Shown: positions 40,301 to 53,794 of the stretch, one piece after another
How positions within the stretch are numbered: the first letter of the stretch is position 1
How the letters are laid out: every line of letters begins with the position of its first letter
Assembly (NCBI GenBank): GCA_964016885.1
Contig: OZ024740.1
Coordinates: 342,426,001-342,490,000 of the forward strand
Length of the DNA stretch: 64,000 bases
Source of the DNA: Eledone cirrhosa
Taxonomy: Eukaryota
Reading direction: 5' to 3'
Program-made: the position numbers and the translations under genes
The notes under the pieces: generated by a model
What the model was told of the DNA's origin: nothing
Seen by the model: the letters and a program-made list of their open reading frames with translations, nothing else
Database searches by the model: none

Positions 40301-40595
40301 TACACACACACACACAAACACATATATATATATACAAACAAATATTATAATTGTCCAAGATTTAAAAAGAATTTGTTTAGCATTGCTGATGCCACCACTG
40401 CTCTCTCTCTCTCTCTCCTCTTCCCTCTCTCTCTCTATCTATCTCTTTCTCCCCCTCCCTCTCTCTCTCTCACATGCACACCCACATACTATTACCATCC
40501 CCCTTCCAGTGTGACAAATGTTTTACATGAAATATACATACACCAGCTTATACAATAGATGTTTGAAAAAATTGTAATTTTTTCTTGTATTTTAG

Positions 40596-40727
40596 GTGAA
40601 CATTGTGAGCTTGATGTTAATGAATGTGATTTTCAGGTATGTAAACATGGTGGAAAGTGTACTAACCTCTTCAATGACTACCATTGTTCATGTATCAATG
40701 GATATGCTGGCAAGAACTGTCAAACAA
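40596..40727 (+). CDS. SVEP1: SVEP1-like exon, EGF domain 6
   Basis: ttttAG...GTaagt; GEHCELDVNECDFQVCKHGGKCTNLFNDYHCSCINGYAGKNCQT. Confidence 0.92.
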
Positions 40728-40766
40728 GTAAGTTATATATACATCACTACCATCATCCTCATTTAA

Positions 40767-40987
40767 CCCTTTAGCATTTAAACCGGCTGTATCCAACCAG
40801 AATTCTCTCACTTCTTTTTGTTCAAGCCAGCCATAACTGGCCACTCATACTGACGTTAATGTATTGTTCTCAAAATAACTAACATCAAAATCTCGTAGAT
40901 TTGATATTATGTAAGATAGTTATATAAGATAAAACCTTTACCACAAAAATACAATAGTATATATAGAGTAATGTAAATGCTAAAGGG
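40767..40987. mobile_element. piggyBac-type MITE
   Basis: TTAA|ccctttagcattta ... taaatgctaaaggg|TTAA; related copies at 51129-51348 and a partial one ending at 6950. Confidence 0.8.
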
Positions 40988-41392
40988 TTAATATCTGTTT
41001 TTCCATGCTAGCATGAGCTGGATATGTTGTCACAGTGCAATTCAATACTTAATTGGAGTTAATGTCCTCTTGCTAACTGGATAATGAGACGCATCTTGCC
41101 TACTTATGTTCTGGTTTTGGCATGGTTTCTACAGCCAGATACCTTTCCTAATGCCAACCACTTTACAGAGTACACTAGGTGATTTTATCATGGCACCAAC
41201 ACTAAGGAAGTTATGTCCTTAACACAACTGAAAAGTCCTCTCAATTCTTTTTTTTGAGGGGCATAATTTTTACAACCAGATGCACTTCCAAACAACAACC
41301 ACTTTCCAGAGTACACTAGGTGCATCTTATCACAGTACCATGACACTAGCACGAGAGAGATTGTTTTGTCTTTGACCCAACTAATATATTGA

Positions 41393-41860
41393 TCATCATC
41401 ATCATCATCATCATCATCATCGTTTAACGTCCATCTTCCACGCTAGCATGGGTTAGACGGGAGTTGTCCCAATTTGAGGCAAGGCTGGTTGGGTGACCGT
41501 GTCTTGCTCGTATAGGACTATCTGGCAGATTTTCTACGGCTGGATGCCCTTCCTAATACCAGCGTGGACTGTGTGTTTTTGTCGTGACACCTACACGATC
41601 TCGATCTCATTATCTCATTTATTTGGACTGGATGTTGTGGTACCAACTTTACAGAGAAAGGGTGGTGTTGGTGGGAGTGGGAGGATGGAGTAGGGGTAGT
41701 GGATTGGGGTGTATATTTGGTTAAGTGGTGCCTACTGACTATAGGTTTCGCTTTGTACATAGGCAAGGTGGGTCTTCTGTATTACTGCGTAGTGCCAAAG
41801 ATCTTGGTCCAGTGATATTGTCTTAGAGAGGTGCAAGTGTGAAAGGTCGGAATTTATTCT
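41393..41860 (-). mobile_element. short RTE 3' end
   Basis: Matches the last codons and 3' UTR of the 12440 and 33232 copies; (cat)n tract. Confidence 0.8.
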
Positions 41861-42919
41861 GAAATATAGATATATAGATATATACTGATATATTGATAAA
41901 TACATATATATATAGAGAGATAGATATATTCTGTTATTCTTCTAATGGTTTTACTCATTTGACTGTAGCTAACTGGGGCATCACCTTTAGGTGTTTTAAT
42001 TAATCATATAGTTTTGCATTACTTATTTCGCCCTGGTGCTTATTTTATTGATTTCTATTTACTAAATGAGTAAGTTACCTTTTGCTGTAAAGAAATGCAA
42101 TTCAATGCACCAATTCATTCTGGTATACACAAATAAGAGAAACACACATGTACAGATGCACTATTCATGCTCACACATTCACACACATATGTATATTTAT
42201 ATATTTCATGGTATAGTTCATTAGTGATTATACATTATGACTAAATTTCATGTACAGGTGTACTGGATAATCTTCTGATAGAATCTTCTGATATATGGCG
42301 TTTCTTGTGCATTTTTTAAAACTTGACTGAGCCTACTTTTACTCCAGGTCTGAACACAGCAGATTTCTTCCACAGAAGAGTAAAGAGTGAGAGAAAGGAA
42401 GAGAGAAAGAAATATAGAGTTAGAATTGATCCCAGTACTTAACTGGTACCCTTTTATCTACCTCAAAAGGATAAAAGATGAAGTTGACCTTAGTGGGATT
42501 TGAACTCAGAGAGCAGAGAGCCAGATCAAATGCTGCAAAGCATTCTACTTGATAATCATCCTCAGACATCAGCAACATATCAAATACTCATTCTATAATA
42601 ATTGATTAGTTATAAAAGAAACGCATATCAATAAACTAGTTTCACTGCTTTTGGAAAAGCATGTATGATACTACATCCCTTTGTTATGAGAAATAACATT
42701 TAGCAACAGTTAGTGTTTTAATCTCATGTTCCCTGTTATAGCAGGTCTTAATCTTGGGACCCTATGGCAAGCTTCATATTCATCATGAGATACTTTTGAG
42801 GCAATGTTTTATGGTCAGATGCCCTTCTTAGTACCAACTATTTCCTTCACCTTTCATAATACTGCATACTTATTCTAAACTGAAATCACACAGTAAAGTA
42901 TTATGATTATTTCTTTCAG

Positions 42920-43134
42920 AGGTCAGCCCTGATTTTGATCTGGTGTTTCAACAAGAGAGCATAACAGATTATGTTCGGGTGTGGTTTTTCCCTGATCCTT
43001 ACGAAATCACTATTACTTTTTGGATGAGAACTTCTGATGTTTCTAGTCTGGGTACTATGGTTTCTTATAAAAAGGAAAGTAACTACATCTTCAACCCTGA
43101 TAACTTTGCACTTTACGATTATGGAAGTTTACAG
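42920..43134 (+). CDS. SVEP1: SVEP1-like exon, start of pentraxin/LamG domain
   Basis: tttcAG acceptor, GTatag donor; VSPDFDLVFQQESITDYV...ITITFWMRTSD..SLGTMVSY...FALYDYGSLQ. Confidence 0.85.
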
Positions 43135-43937
43135 GTATAGTCATCTTATTTTATAATCTTATTTGCTTTATTTTTTAAATGTTATTCTTAATTTACTATT
43201 ATATCTCTTCACAGGAAGTAAGTTCAATTCTTAGACGCAAAAACTTTTCTTGGTTCCAAAGAGAAAAAATTCTCTTTGATGTAGGTTGAGAAACATTGAG
43301 CTTGTGAAGTTATTGTTGGTGTTGTTGTTGTTTAGCCCCAGATCAACCCTGATTGACTAGACCTATGATCAAATGTATTCTAGTATGATCATCAATATTT
43401 TCAGGGTGTTTTTAGAACTAGACTTAATCTGTCACCTGGTATTTGAGAAAGGGACATCTAATATTCAGGTGTAACAATACAAAGTTTTGCCAAACAAAAA
43501 CACCACACACACTGATGGAATAAAACAATGAAGATTTAAAAAAAACAGGTCTTCTCTGGCCCGGATATCTATGAAGAATACGTATTTTCGATGGAAAAAG
43601 TTCTTATTTCCTTATGGCCATTTCATGATTCAAGAAGAAACATAACTTCAAAACAATCTAAGCAATCAACCATCAATCAACCTCAGTCTCTCTCTCTCTA
43701 TATATATATTTATTTACATATATCTATAAATTTGAATTATTAATGCTCTGCACAGATGCCCATTGAGCTTTTCTACCGAGAAGCACAAATATCATACATA
43801 ATATATATGTTTTGATACCTTAAATTTGTGTATATATATATATATGACAACATGAATGGACCTGTTATTTTTATCAAAAAACATTTTTTCCAATTCCACC
43901 CCGTCCGTCCCTTCAATCTATCTAATTTCTCATTCTT

Positions 43938-43973
43938 TCTTCTGATGAAGGACTAGCATCCGAAACGTTAAGA
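43938..43973 (+). ncRNA. canonical minimal hammerhead ribozyme
   Basis: tctt CTGATGA a gga ctagca tcc GAAACGTT aaga; palindromic stem III. Confidence 0.8.
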
Positions 43974-44069
43974 CCCCCTTCCTGCTATTTCAAGTGTTAA
44001 TATATTCCTTCCATATAATGTACCAATTGGGTTATTTCTGTTTATCTTTTACATATATATATATATTTA

Positions 44070-44102
<33 letters not shown>

Positions 44103-44122
44103 CATATATATGATGACGATGA

Positions 44123-44794
44123 ATTTGTTTTGCAAGGTTTTTGATATGAAATCGTGTGTTGAAACAAATATTGTTATACTTGGGGAGGGTCATATTGTTA
44201 TAATATTGCCAGAAATAATAACAGAACACATTCACTGTTTGGTTTGGGTTGGTTTTCACTTCTGTATCTTTTATATCTTCATAGTTAATTCATTTGGCCA
44301 TCAATGATTATCATTGACTGACCAACGGTCAAAAATACAGATATAAATACATATATATAGTCTAACAAAGTTCTTTCGTTGCACATCTGCAACATCATCA
44401 GTGGTACTATTATGTTTCCTCCTGTTGTATTGTATATCTACACCATTTTATTTTATAGAGATAAAATAAAATGGCGTAGACATACAATACAACAGGAGGA
44501 AACATAATAGTACCACTGATGATGTTGCAGATGTGCAACGAAAGAACTTTGTTAGACTATATATATGTATTTATATCTGTATTTTTGACCGTTGGTCAGT
44601 CAATGATAATCATTGATGGCCAAATGAATTAACTATGAAGATATAAAAGATACAGAAGTGAAAACCAACCCAAACCAAACAGTGAATGTGTTCTGTTATT
44701 ATTTCTGGCAATATTATAACAATATGACCCTCCCCAAGTATAACAATATTTGTTTCAACACACGATTTCATATCAAAAACCTTGCAAAACAAAT
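44123..44794. mobile_element. 672-bp near-perfect palindrome carrying two hammerheads (44512-44553 plus strand and its mirror)
   Basis: Arms of about 334 bp with a 4-nt spacer (agag); ca CTGATGA t gttgca gatg tgcaac GAAAG aa CTT tg; related to the 3' region of the PLE at 20072-21899. Confidence 0.9.
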
Positions 44795-45381
44795 ATATAT
44801 ATATGTATATATATAAAGAGAGAGGGGGCTCTTAGCACTAGGACCAATGAGAAAAAGAAGTGAAGAGAGAGTGGAGGAAGTCAATATGGGATAGTGGGAG
44901 GAAGTAAAATGTAGAAGAAAGGTAGTCTAAGTTGAGAAAAGAGTGATGGCTGAACAAGGAGGCAAATGGAGATGAATGGGAGGGGGAGCTAAAGACAAAA
45001 GGGACATTTACATGATAAAAAGGGGAATGTGCTGGCATGAGTGGCCAGAACAATGGATTAGTAAAATGAGAAAGGTTTGGTAAGCTCTCAGGAACTGGAA
45101 TGCTAGGAGTGGTACAAAGAATGAAGGGGGGTGGAAAGGGAAATAGTCTATGAGAGGTAGGAAGGTAGAAGTGCCAAGATGAAAACAGAACAATAACAGG
45201 TGCTGTATCTACAAGAATTGAAAGTATTTTCCTTTAGACAATCACACACACGCATACACAATCATCATCATCATCGTAGTGGTTTATTAGTTCTAATTTA
45301 TATATATATATAGAGAGGTAGAACACTGGAAGATAATATCCGTAGTGGTAGAGCACTCAGTCCATGGGACGAGTTAGGTAG

Positions 45382-45846
45382 AAGTGGTGACACAACAGTT
45401 AATTCACCATACCGAGAACAATTATTTCACCTTAGTAGATCCTCAGCTTGTGGACTATGAATTGATGAACGGATAAATATTCTAAAGAGATTACGCAATA
45501 GCGATTGCCTAAACTCAAGAAATGAATTCTTCACACATTGTCCACATGTTTGGAAACACCTCTTACATAACTACAAAGCTCTGGATTGAACAGCAACATC
45601 CTAATTTTCTTATCAACTAGAACCTTTTGGACTTTCGCAGTTATCTCCCTTACACTTCTCGCACGCAGTTTTGTATTGCCTGGGTGAAGTGACTGTTTCT
45701 GCGCATGCGCGTTCATGTTTCTGCGCATGCGCGTTCATACAGTTGTCCTTCCTGTTCCATATAACCATGTCCATTACGAGCTGAGGATCCGCTAAGGTGA
45801 AACAATTGTTCTCGGTATGGTGAACTAACTGTTGTGTCACCACTTA
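45382..45846 (+). mobile_element. small element with 70-bp inverted ends containing a hammerhead (45777-45814)
   Basis: cgag CTGAGGA t cc gctaa gg t GAAACAATTGTT ctcg; mirror copy at about 45413-45450. Confidence 0.75.
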
Positions 45847-46141
45847 TATATATATATATATATATATATATACTCAGATTAGTAATATTTGAAAAACTCA
45901 GATTACATTTATATATATATATATATATAAATGTAATCTGAGTTTTTAAAATATTAATAATTGTTTCTACTTTTGACACAAGGACAGCAATTACCCAGTG
46001 CATTACTGGTACTTTATTTTATTGACCCCGTAAGGATGAAAGGCAAAGTTAACTTCGCCGGGATTTAAACACAGACTGTAAAGGGGCGTAACTATGCTGG
46101 AAAGCATGGCGTCCGACCCTATTTGATTCGTTGTTATTATA

Positions 46142-46740
46142 TCTATATAAAGTTGTAGTTCCTGTCTGTTTGTTTGTTTGTTCACGAACTCCTCCTATAG
46201 TTTTGGAGATAGACCCCCATAACCATATATATTCTGAAACTACATTTCCCAGGGTACTTGGATAAGTATATTTCATTTTAATCAAAGGGTTCCCCAGGGG
46301 CACAAACCCCCACTGAAAATGTTTTCCCTTCGATTTATATGAAATTTAAACCATAGGTAAATGACAAGATATGATGCCTATTCATAAAATGTCAGCAAAT
46401 TTCAATAATATTAAGACGCTCTAATGGAGGTTAAACCCCCTATAGTGAAAATTTTGGAAGCCCATAACTTGAGTATTGGAACCTCTATTATCATGGGGTT
46501 TTTCTATTAATTAAATGTAAATCAACAAAAAAAAGCACCTCTCTTTTATAGTAAAATTTGGCTAATTTAGACATTTTATCTATGGCAAAACATCACTAGA
46601 ATTATGACAACAAAAATTATTAGTTAATGCCTCTACTTTTTTAACATTTTTGTTTTATTTTTTCTTCATAAATTATATCACTGATTTAAAATCAATCATC
46701 ATTTACAAAAAAAATGTGTGAAACGCAGCAAGGCGTGGGT
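46142..46740 (+). mobile_element. possible non-autonomous Helitron
   Basis: a|TCtatataaag start followed by (gttt)n; degraded GC hairpin acgcagcaaggcgtggg at the end; terminal CTAG missing. Confidence 0.45.
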
Positions 46741-47349
46741 AATATATATATATATATATTTATGTCTGAATTTCAGGCAAGCGTCTCATGTCGACATATC
46801 ATAAACATTATTATTAACTTCTGTCTGATGAAGACCTGATAGACTTATGTAATCTTTTTCTAACACCTCTGAAATGTGCACAACAGACTATATTTAATAA
46901 ACTAAAGTATGGAAATGTAGAACTGTCTGAGTGTATGGTGATGGTGGTGGTGGTGGTGTTTATTCAGTCAAAGCCTGAACATTTTACTACATATATATGT
47001 GCACATTGTGCTCTTACCATACATATGTCACTGCTACTATATAACATGGAATATGTAAACATTAGGGACACACAAAAAAATAATAACTTAAAGAATAAAA
47101 TGTGAAGATAACTGTGCATACAGATTTCAAAATCAAATTTTCTATTATATATCTGCATCATTATCATCATAATCATCATTATCATCACCACTGTTTAATG
47201 GCCATTTTCCACACCAGTATGGGTTAGACAGGTTGTCCTGTTATAAGACTATAAGACAAGTCAGATCGGATGGCCATGTCATGCTTGTATAGAACTGTTT
47301 CTGGATTGGTTATATATATATATTTATATTATATATATATATATATATA

Positions 47350-47420
<71 letters not shown>

Positions 47421-47423
<3 letters not shown>

Positions 47424-48355
47424 TAACTCATGTCTATAGAATTAATCAGATATTAAAATATATACTATTTCTTCTTCTAATCAGCATAATTAACCATATA
47501 CATAATCAAATCTAGCAAGCTTTAAGAATAAATTTTCTAACGGGGAAATCTCCGACAAATAACTGACCGCAGCCAGTTCGCGTTAACTCCGTTCACCATT
47601 TATCAAACACTTCGGCAGCATGCAGAATCCGATCAAATACACCGTCAACCGCACGTAATTAGTAGTAAAATTAAACTTAGAAGAAATGCGCACATACCGT
47701 AATTATATCTCTACCATAGTTTCTTCCTAGTTTAGGACATCCAAATAATATGGATATGCTTTTTTGAGTCAGGAATCTTCAGGAGACAAACTCAGAAATA
47801 GACATTTAATTTCTCAGACATACCGCGCCAAATTTAGATTCAAAAATGGCTAAGGTCGCTATGTAGCTGTGTACCAGCCAGAGAGAAAGCGTGTGATTGG
47901 TCGCTTACGGCGGGTAGGCATGCTGCTAGAAAGCGCAGCCATATATCGCTAAATTTAATCTCAACCGAAAGGGAGATTATTAAATATAGAGGTTTTCACA
48001 TACATAAAATTAAACTAAATTAAATCAAGGATACATTTATGTGTTGCAACTGCTCATGGTAGAGATATAATTACGGTATGTGCGCATTTCTTCTAAGTTT
48101 AATTTTACTACTAATTACGTGCGGTTGACGGTGTATTTGATCGGATTCTGCATGCTGCCGAAGTGTTTGATAAATAATGGAACGGAGTTAACGCGAACTA
48201 GCTGTGGTCAGTTATTTGTCGGAGATTTCCCCGTTAGAAAATTTATTCTTAAAGCTTGCTAGATTTGATTATGTATATGGTTAATTATGCTGATTAGAAG
48301 AAGAAATAGTATATATTTTAATATCTGATTAATTCTATAGATATGAGTTATGATA
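47421..48355. repeat. inverted repeat with arms of about 300 bp and a spacer of about 340 bp
   Basis: 47421-47717 is the reverse complement of about 48056-48355 with few mismatches; begins at a long (TA)n. Confidence 0.9.
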
Positions 48356-48473
48356 TAATGCTCTGATTTTTTGATTTTAATTTATTAATTCTTCATTGAG
48401 CTTAAAAGTGAACAGTTGCAACACATATATGTATCCTTGATTTAATTTAATTTAATTTTATGTATGTGATAAC

Positions 48474-48521
<48 letters not shown>

Positions 48522-48547
48522 TAAAATAATTATTATTACTATACATA

Positions 48548-48606
<59 letters not shown>

Positions 48607-49674
48607 TGTATATGTATATATATAAATATGTGTATGCACACATACACACATATACACACACACATGGGTGTGTGTGTGTAAGTATATATGTGTGTATACT
48701 CTACATATGCACACACTACATATATACACATGTCCCAAATATTCTTTGCATATTCCAAGAAGCTTAAAAGATTGGTATTGTTGCAATTACTTTTGACATT
48801 TTATATACACCAACATGAGCATAGTTAGGTCACATACATTTAGAGTAAAACACAAACTCTAATTGACCGCAGCTATTTATCTAAAATGTGGAATGTTGAA
48901 CTCAAAGGTCACATCAGTGAGTGATACCTACAATACATCTCTCCAAAGAAGTGTAAATTACTATAAGGATGACACACATACACACACACACACGCACACA
49001 TACACACACACGCGCACACACACACACACACACGCACACGCACACACAGATCACATATATAAATCATCATCATCATTATTTGATGATATATATATATATA
49101 TCTACACCTGATATTCCCCCTCCACATGCATGTGTGTGTGTCTGTGTGTATATCATGACTCATACACTGTTCACTTTCCTGACATTTGTACATTATTCTA
49201 TGTACTATACATGCACCTTTGATGAGTTGTAGTGCACCTGAGCACTGTACACAATAACTTTCTTTATCATTTGGATTGGCAGTATTGGTAGAGCATTTGA
49301 CACCATACTCTGCAGTATAGAGTTACGTCTCTTTACGTTCTGATTTGAAATTCTGGGGTTGATAAAATAAAGCACCAATAATGCACTGGGATCGATTTAA
49401 TCAACTTTCCTTCCCCCAAAATTGCTGGCCTTGTGCCTAAAGTAGAAACAATTATTATTATTATATATATTAGGTGGTGGACTGGCAGTATCGGTAGAAC
49501 ATCAGACACTATGCTTTGCAACATAGAGTTATGGCCTTTTACCTTTTGAGTTCAAATCTTGCCGAGGTTAACCCTGCCTTTCATCGTTACAGGGTCGATA
49601 AAATACAGCACCAGTAATGCACTGGGGTAAATGCTGGCCTTGTCCCTAAAGTAGAAACAATTATTATTATTATT

Positions 49675-50085
49675 ATTTGACTTTTTCAAATTTCATTTGA
49701 AAAGGAAAATCAGAGTAGAGAGGGGAGTGCTCTCTTCCCAGCATTTTGTTGAAAGATGGGTGAGAGAAGCAAGAATGGCCCGCGTGAATGGGCCTACTCT
49801 GAGTATGTGTCTGTAAATTAAAGGTGAAAAACTGGGAGAGGGCACTTGCCTTGGTGCTCAGGGTCACTGTGGCCTTTTAATGGGCTTTCTCCACAAATGT
49901 CCCTCCGAAGTCTCCCCCCTATTGGGGAATTTTTCATTGTTAATTTTTTTGTTACATCCTCTGTTTTTGTTTTTTACACGCAGAAACGCCCATTTGTACC
50001 GTCCTGTATTGTCCTGCACTATCCTTAATGTCTACTTTATGTAAACCCTTGTGGTTAATAAAGAAATCATTATTATTATTATTAT
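49675..50085 (+). mobile_element. probable L1/Tx1-like 3' end
   Basis: KRKIRVERGVLSSQHFVERW-like terminus, AATAAA, (att)n tail. Confidence 0.45.
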
Positions 50086-51128
50086 TAGAGTTGCTGAAGC
50101 ATGAAACAAACTCTCTGCATCAGTTGTTAACTGCCGAGACACTGCATCCTTTAAAACCTCCATGCTTCCTGAGATTTGCCAACACTACACCTGATGTCCT
50201 CCCCCCCCCCCTCTCCATACACAAGCACACATGTATTTCATGACTCATACACTGTTCATTTTCCTGACATTTGTACATTATTCTATGTACTACACATGCA
50301 TCTTTGATGAGTTGTAGTGCACCTGAGCACTGTACAAAATAATTTCATTATTATTATTATTTTATAATCAATGTATTTGATAGAGTATTATATAGTAAAT
50401 AACTGGTTGATATTCATCACAGAGAATGATATATAGGTTACAGTGCAATGTAATATAGACTGTATATCAGGAAAAATTAGGCAAGACTTGTTGAAAATTG
50501 AAGAAGTATTTATTGATGCAGGATATTTATTACACATGTTTCAGTGCAGTTATGTAATGGCCTCCAAAATCTAGATTGTTATAATGCAATGTGTTATATG
50601 TTTAAAGCATGTGGTAATGTTTGTTTATGTCCTGTACATCACTGCTGAAAACTAAAGCTGGTGGATGAAGGTATTTGTTTAAATTGAGAAATTATACATG
50701 TACATAGCCCATGCTAGTGTGGAAAAATGGACACAAATTGGTGATGATGATGTACGTATATACACCCCCACCTATATAGTCATGGAAACGAGATTATATG
50801 TATTTATTTATCTATGTAGTTGTCTTGTACAAATTTACATATACACTGCCTAATATCCATCACCATGAAAAGAGAGAGAGAGAGAGAATAATTATTTTAG
50901 TTCTTTAAATCCTTCCCTTGATTTTTACTTACTCTGCTATCCCTAGATTCAACTCTTGTCCTAGAACTTGTCTACAACTTCCTCAAGATTCATACAATCT
51001 AAGACTAGCTATCCAGCGCCTGACTCTCCTCACAATAGTTATACCATTTAGAAGTACAATTCACCTGTAATGTATAGACTTTTGCAAGTGCTTTGTTAGT
51101 TACTAAAACTAGAGTCTTATGGTTTTAA

Positions 51129-51348
51129 CCCTTTAGTATTCACATTACTCTATATATATTATTATATTTTCATGGTAAATGCTTTATCTCACATAATTAT
51201 CTCACATAATATCGAATCTATGAGATTTTGAAAGTATTTATTTTGAGAACAATACCTTAACATCAGTTTGAGTGACCAGTTACAGCCAGTTTCAATAGAA
51301 AAGGGTAGAGAATTCTGGCCAGTTTTGGCCAGATTGAACATTAAAGGG
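51129..51348. mobile_element. piggyBac-type MITE copy
   Basis: TTAA|ccctttagtatt ... attaaaggg|TTAA. Confidence 0.7.
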
Positions 51349-52744
51349 TTAAGCATTTCCACAGTGGGTGCTGGAGAAAATCTGCTGCATCTTTTGGCCC
51401 AACAAAGTGTCAAATGAGAAACTGTTCTGCAAAGCCAGTTGCCACAAAATGTCTGTGGCTAAAGTAGTTAGGCCACATACTGGAAATAGCTCAGAATAAA
51501 ATACAAGGGTAGTATTAAAATGGATTTCACCTAGAAATTGAAATCTTGGATGACCAAATAACATTTGGCAAAGAATAATTGAAAGCATATTGAGAGAAAT
51601 GCATCTTCCATGAGGCAAGACACACAGAATTGCTAAAGATTGGTGTGACTGGCGTTGAAATGCTGGAACCTTATTTTTTAATTGGGAAGAAGTGAAGAAA
51701 TGTATTAATAATAATTAATTCTAATTTTGGCACAAGGCCAGCAATTTGGGCAATTTTGTGGGTAAGAGAAAGTCATGTTAACTCCTCTAATCCAACAGAA
51801 TTTCTTCCTGAAACTTTTTCCACATGTAGCCACAGGTAGACCATGAAACAACAACCCAGAATATAGTTCAGATAGGGATGCAACAAGCGAATAGACTGTG
51901 TAACTATTGCTTTGACTCACTATATAGTATTGAGATCCTTCCCACTCTCCTCCTTCATACCAAGGAAGGTTATAGTTATAATAAATTTCATGAGTTTAGA
52001 TAAGTTTTTATGATGAAAAGAAAAGAGATCTAACATTTCAGGACTAACCTTTCATCTGAGTGGAAAGATTTCCAACTGGTTAAATGTTATAATGAGCTTT
52101 TGAACCCCTTTCTAGTTGTCTATTTTATCTTAACTACATTCACCTTCAGACCTTTTGATTCAACATTTTACTCTCAAGTTTCAAAATTCTTTTGTAGTTC
52201 AACTATTTTTTTTTAAATTAAAAAAACAAGTGATTAGCATACTTGGTTCTGTATGCACTCCCACCACTCCCCAAAAAACAACAAAAACAACAACAACAAC
52301 TAAAACAAGGATGAGGTGTAGGAAAGAAAAGATAATATTTTTAGTCGCTCTTGTATATATTCCATACCTCACCAACCTTATTAACATTCTGATCTAACCT
52401 ACAAGAAATAGCTGTTAAATTTTCTCACATACCACTATCTTTAAAAAATGGTCTTCATAGACCTAGATATATAAAAATAATGGATGATTACTGCTGGATT
52501 AACTGTGATCATAGGTTTTATATTAGCATTTATATTACTTAGCATTTATATTACTCCTTAAATGCTAAAGGGTTAATCAGATTTGAACTGAGGCTATTCA
52601 AGAGAAAACAACAACATAGCTTTATACACAACCTGAACTGCTTTCAATTTATCAACAAATTATTTTCCCTTAGACTACCAGATTACAAAGGATTACATTG
52701 TGTCAGTCGTCAAATGTGAAATAAAGAATTTATTTAAATAATAA

Positions 52745-53600
52745 TGAAATAATAATAATAATAATGAAATTATTGTGTAAAGTGCTCAGGTGCACTACAA
52801 CTCATCAAAGATGCATATATAGTACATAGAATAATATAAAATGTCAGGGAAGTGAATAGTGTATCATCATCATGATCATCATCATTTTACGTCTGCTTTT
52901 CCCTGCTTGCAAGGGTGGGACGGGAACGGATTCTGGCTCGATTTCTACAGCTGGATGCCCTTCCTAACACCAACCTCATTTACAGTGACTGCTGGGTGCT
53001 TTTTTCCCGTGGCACCTCCACGACCACTTTACAGTGGAATGATATGGACCCCAGTCCCTATCATCTCATTTCTGAGTAAACTGGAACAATGTGAAATAAA
53101 GTGTCTTGCTCAAGGAAACAACACATCACTCGGTCTGAGAATTGAACTCACAACTTTTCGATTGCAAGGCCAATGCTCTAACCACTAAGCCATGTGCCTC
53201 CATATGAGTCATGATATACATGTGTGTATGTGTATGGAGGGGGAACATTAGGTGTAGTGTTGGCGATTCTCGAGAAGCATGGAGGTTTTAAAGGATGCAG
53301 TGTCTCGACAGCTAACAACTGATGCAGGTAGTTTGTTCCATGCTTCAGCAACTCTGAGCGTGAAAAAATGTTTCCGAAAGTCATGGGAACTGTGCTGTTT
53401 TCTGACTTTGTGGGCATGTCCATGTGTGTTAGACACATGGAAATCAAAAAGGTACTCAGGGTTGTTGTTGGTAAGATGGTTAACAATTTTGTAGGTGTTT
53501 ACCAAGTCAGTTGCCAGGCGTCGGAGCTTCAATGTATCCATGCCCAGGGAAGCAAGGCGTTCAGAGTATGGTAGATGCCTGATGGGTATTGTCAATAATT
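52745..53600 (-). mobile_element. CR1/L2-like LINE 3' end interrupted by a tRNA-SINE (52865-53201)
   Basis: LPYSERLASLGMDTLKLRRL..DL...THGHAHKV...FFTLRVAEAWNKLP; (tta)n tail. Confidence 0.85.
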
Positions 53601-53794
53601 TCTCTTGCATTTGTCTCACAAGAGATATTGTATTACATCTTGGATCTAAATTACATCTAATCCCCCCAGATGCTCACTGTACAAGTTCAGTTATAATTTT
53701 TATCACTACCATAATTATATGCCCTTGTCATTTTCTCTCTCTGTTGAATTTGATGCTAATTCAATTACCCCAGTAATTCTATAATATTTCCTGT

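Noticed and set aside
44110-44307. Duplicated 60-65 aa ORFs (with 44610-44792)
   Set aside because: A by-product of the palindrome, with no protein-like features.
46821-46890. Hammerhead at ctgt CTGATGA...GAAA tgtgcaca acag
   Set aside because: Core and stem I are present, but there is no convincing stem II and no UH cleavage site; at best a decayed relic, so not listed as a feature.
43135-53790. Further pentraxin or sushi exons
   Set aside because: No open segment with suitable motifs and splice sites was found by eye; a short exon could have been missed.
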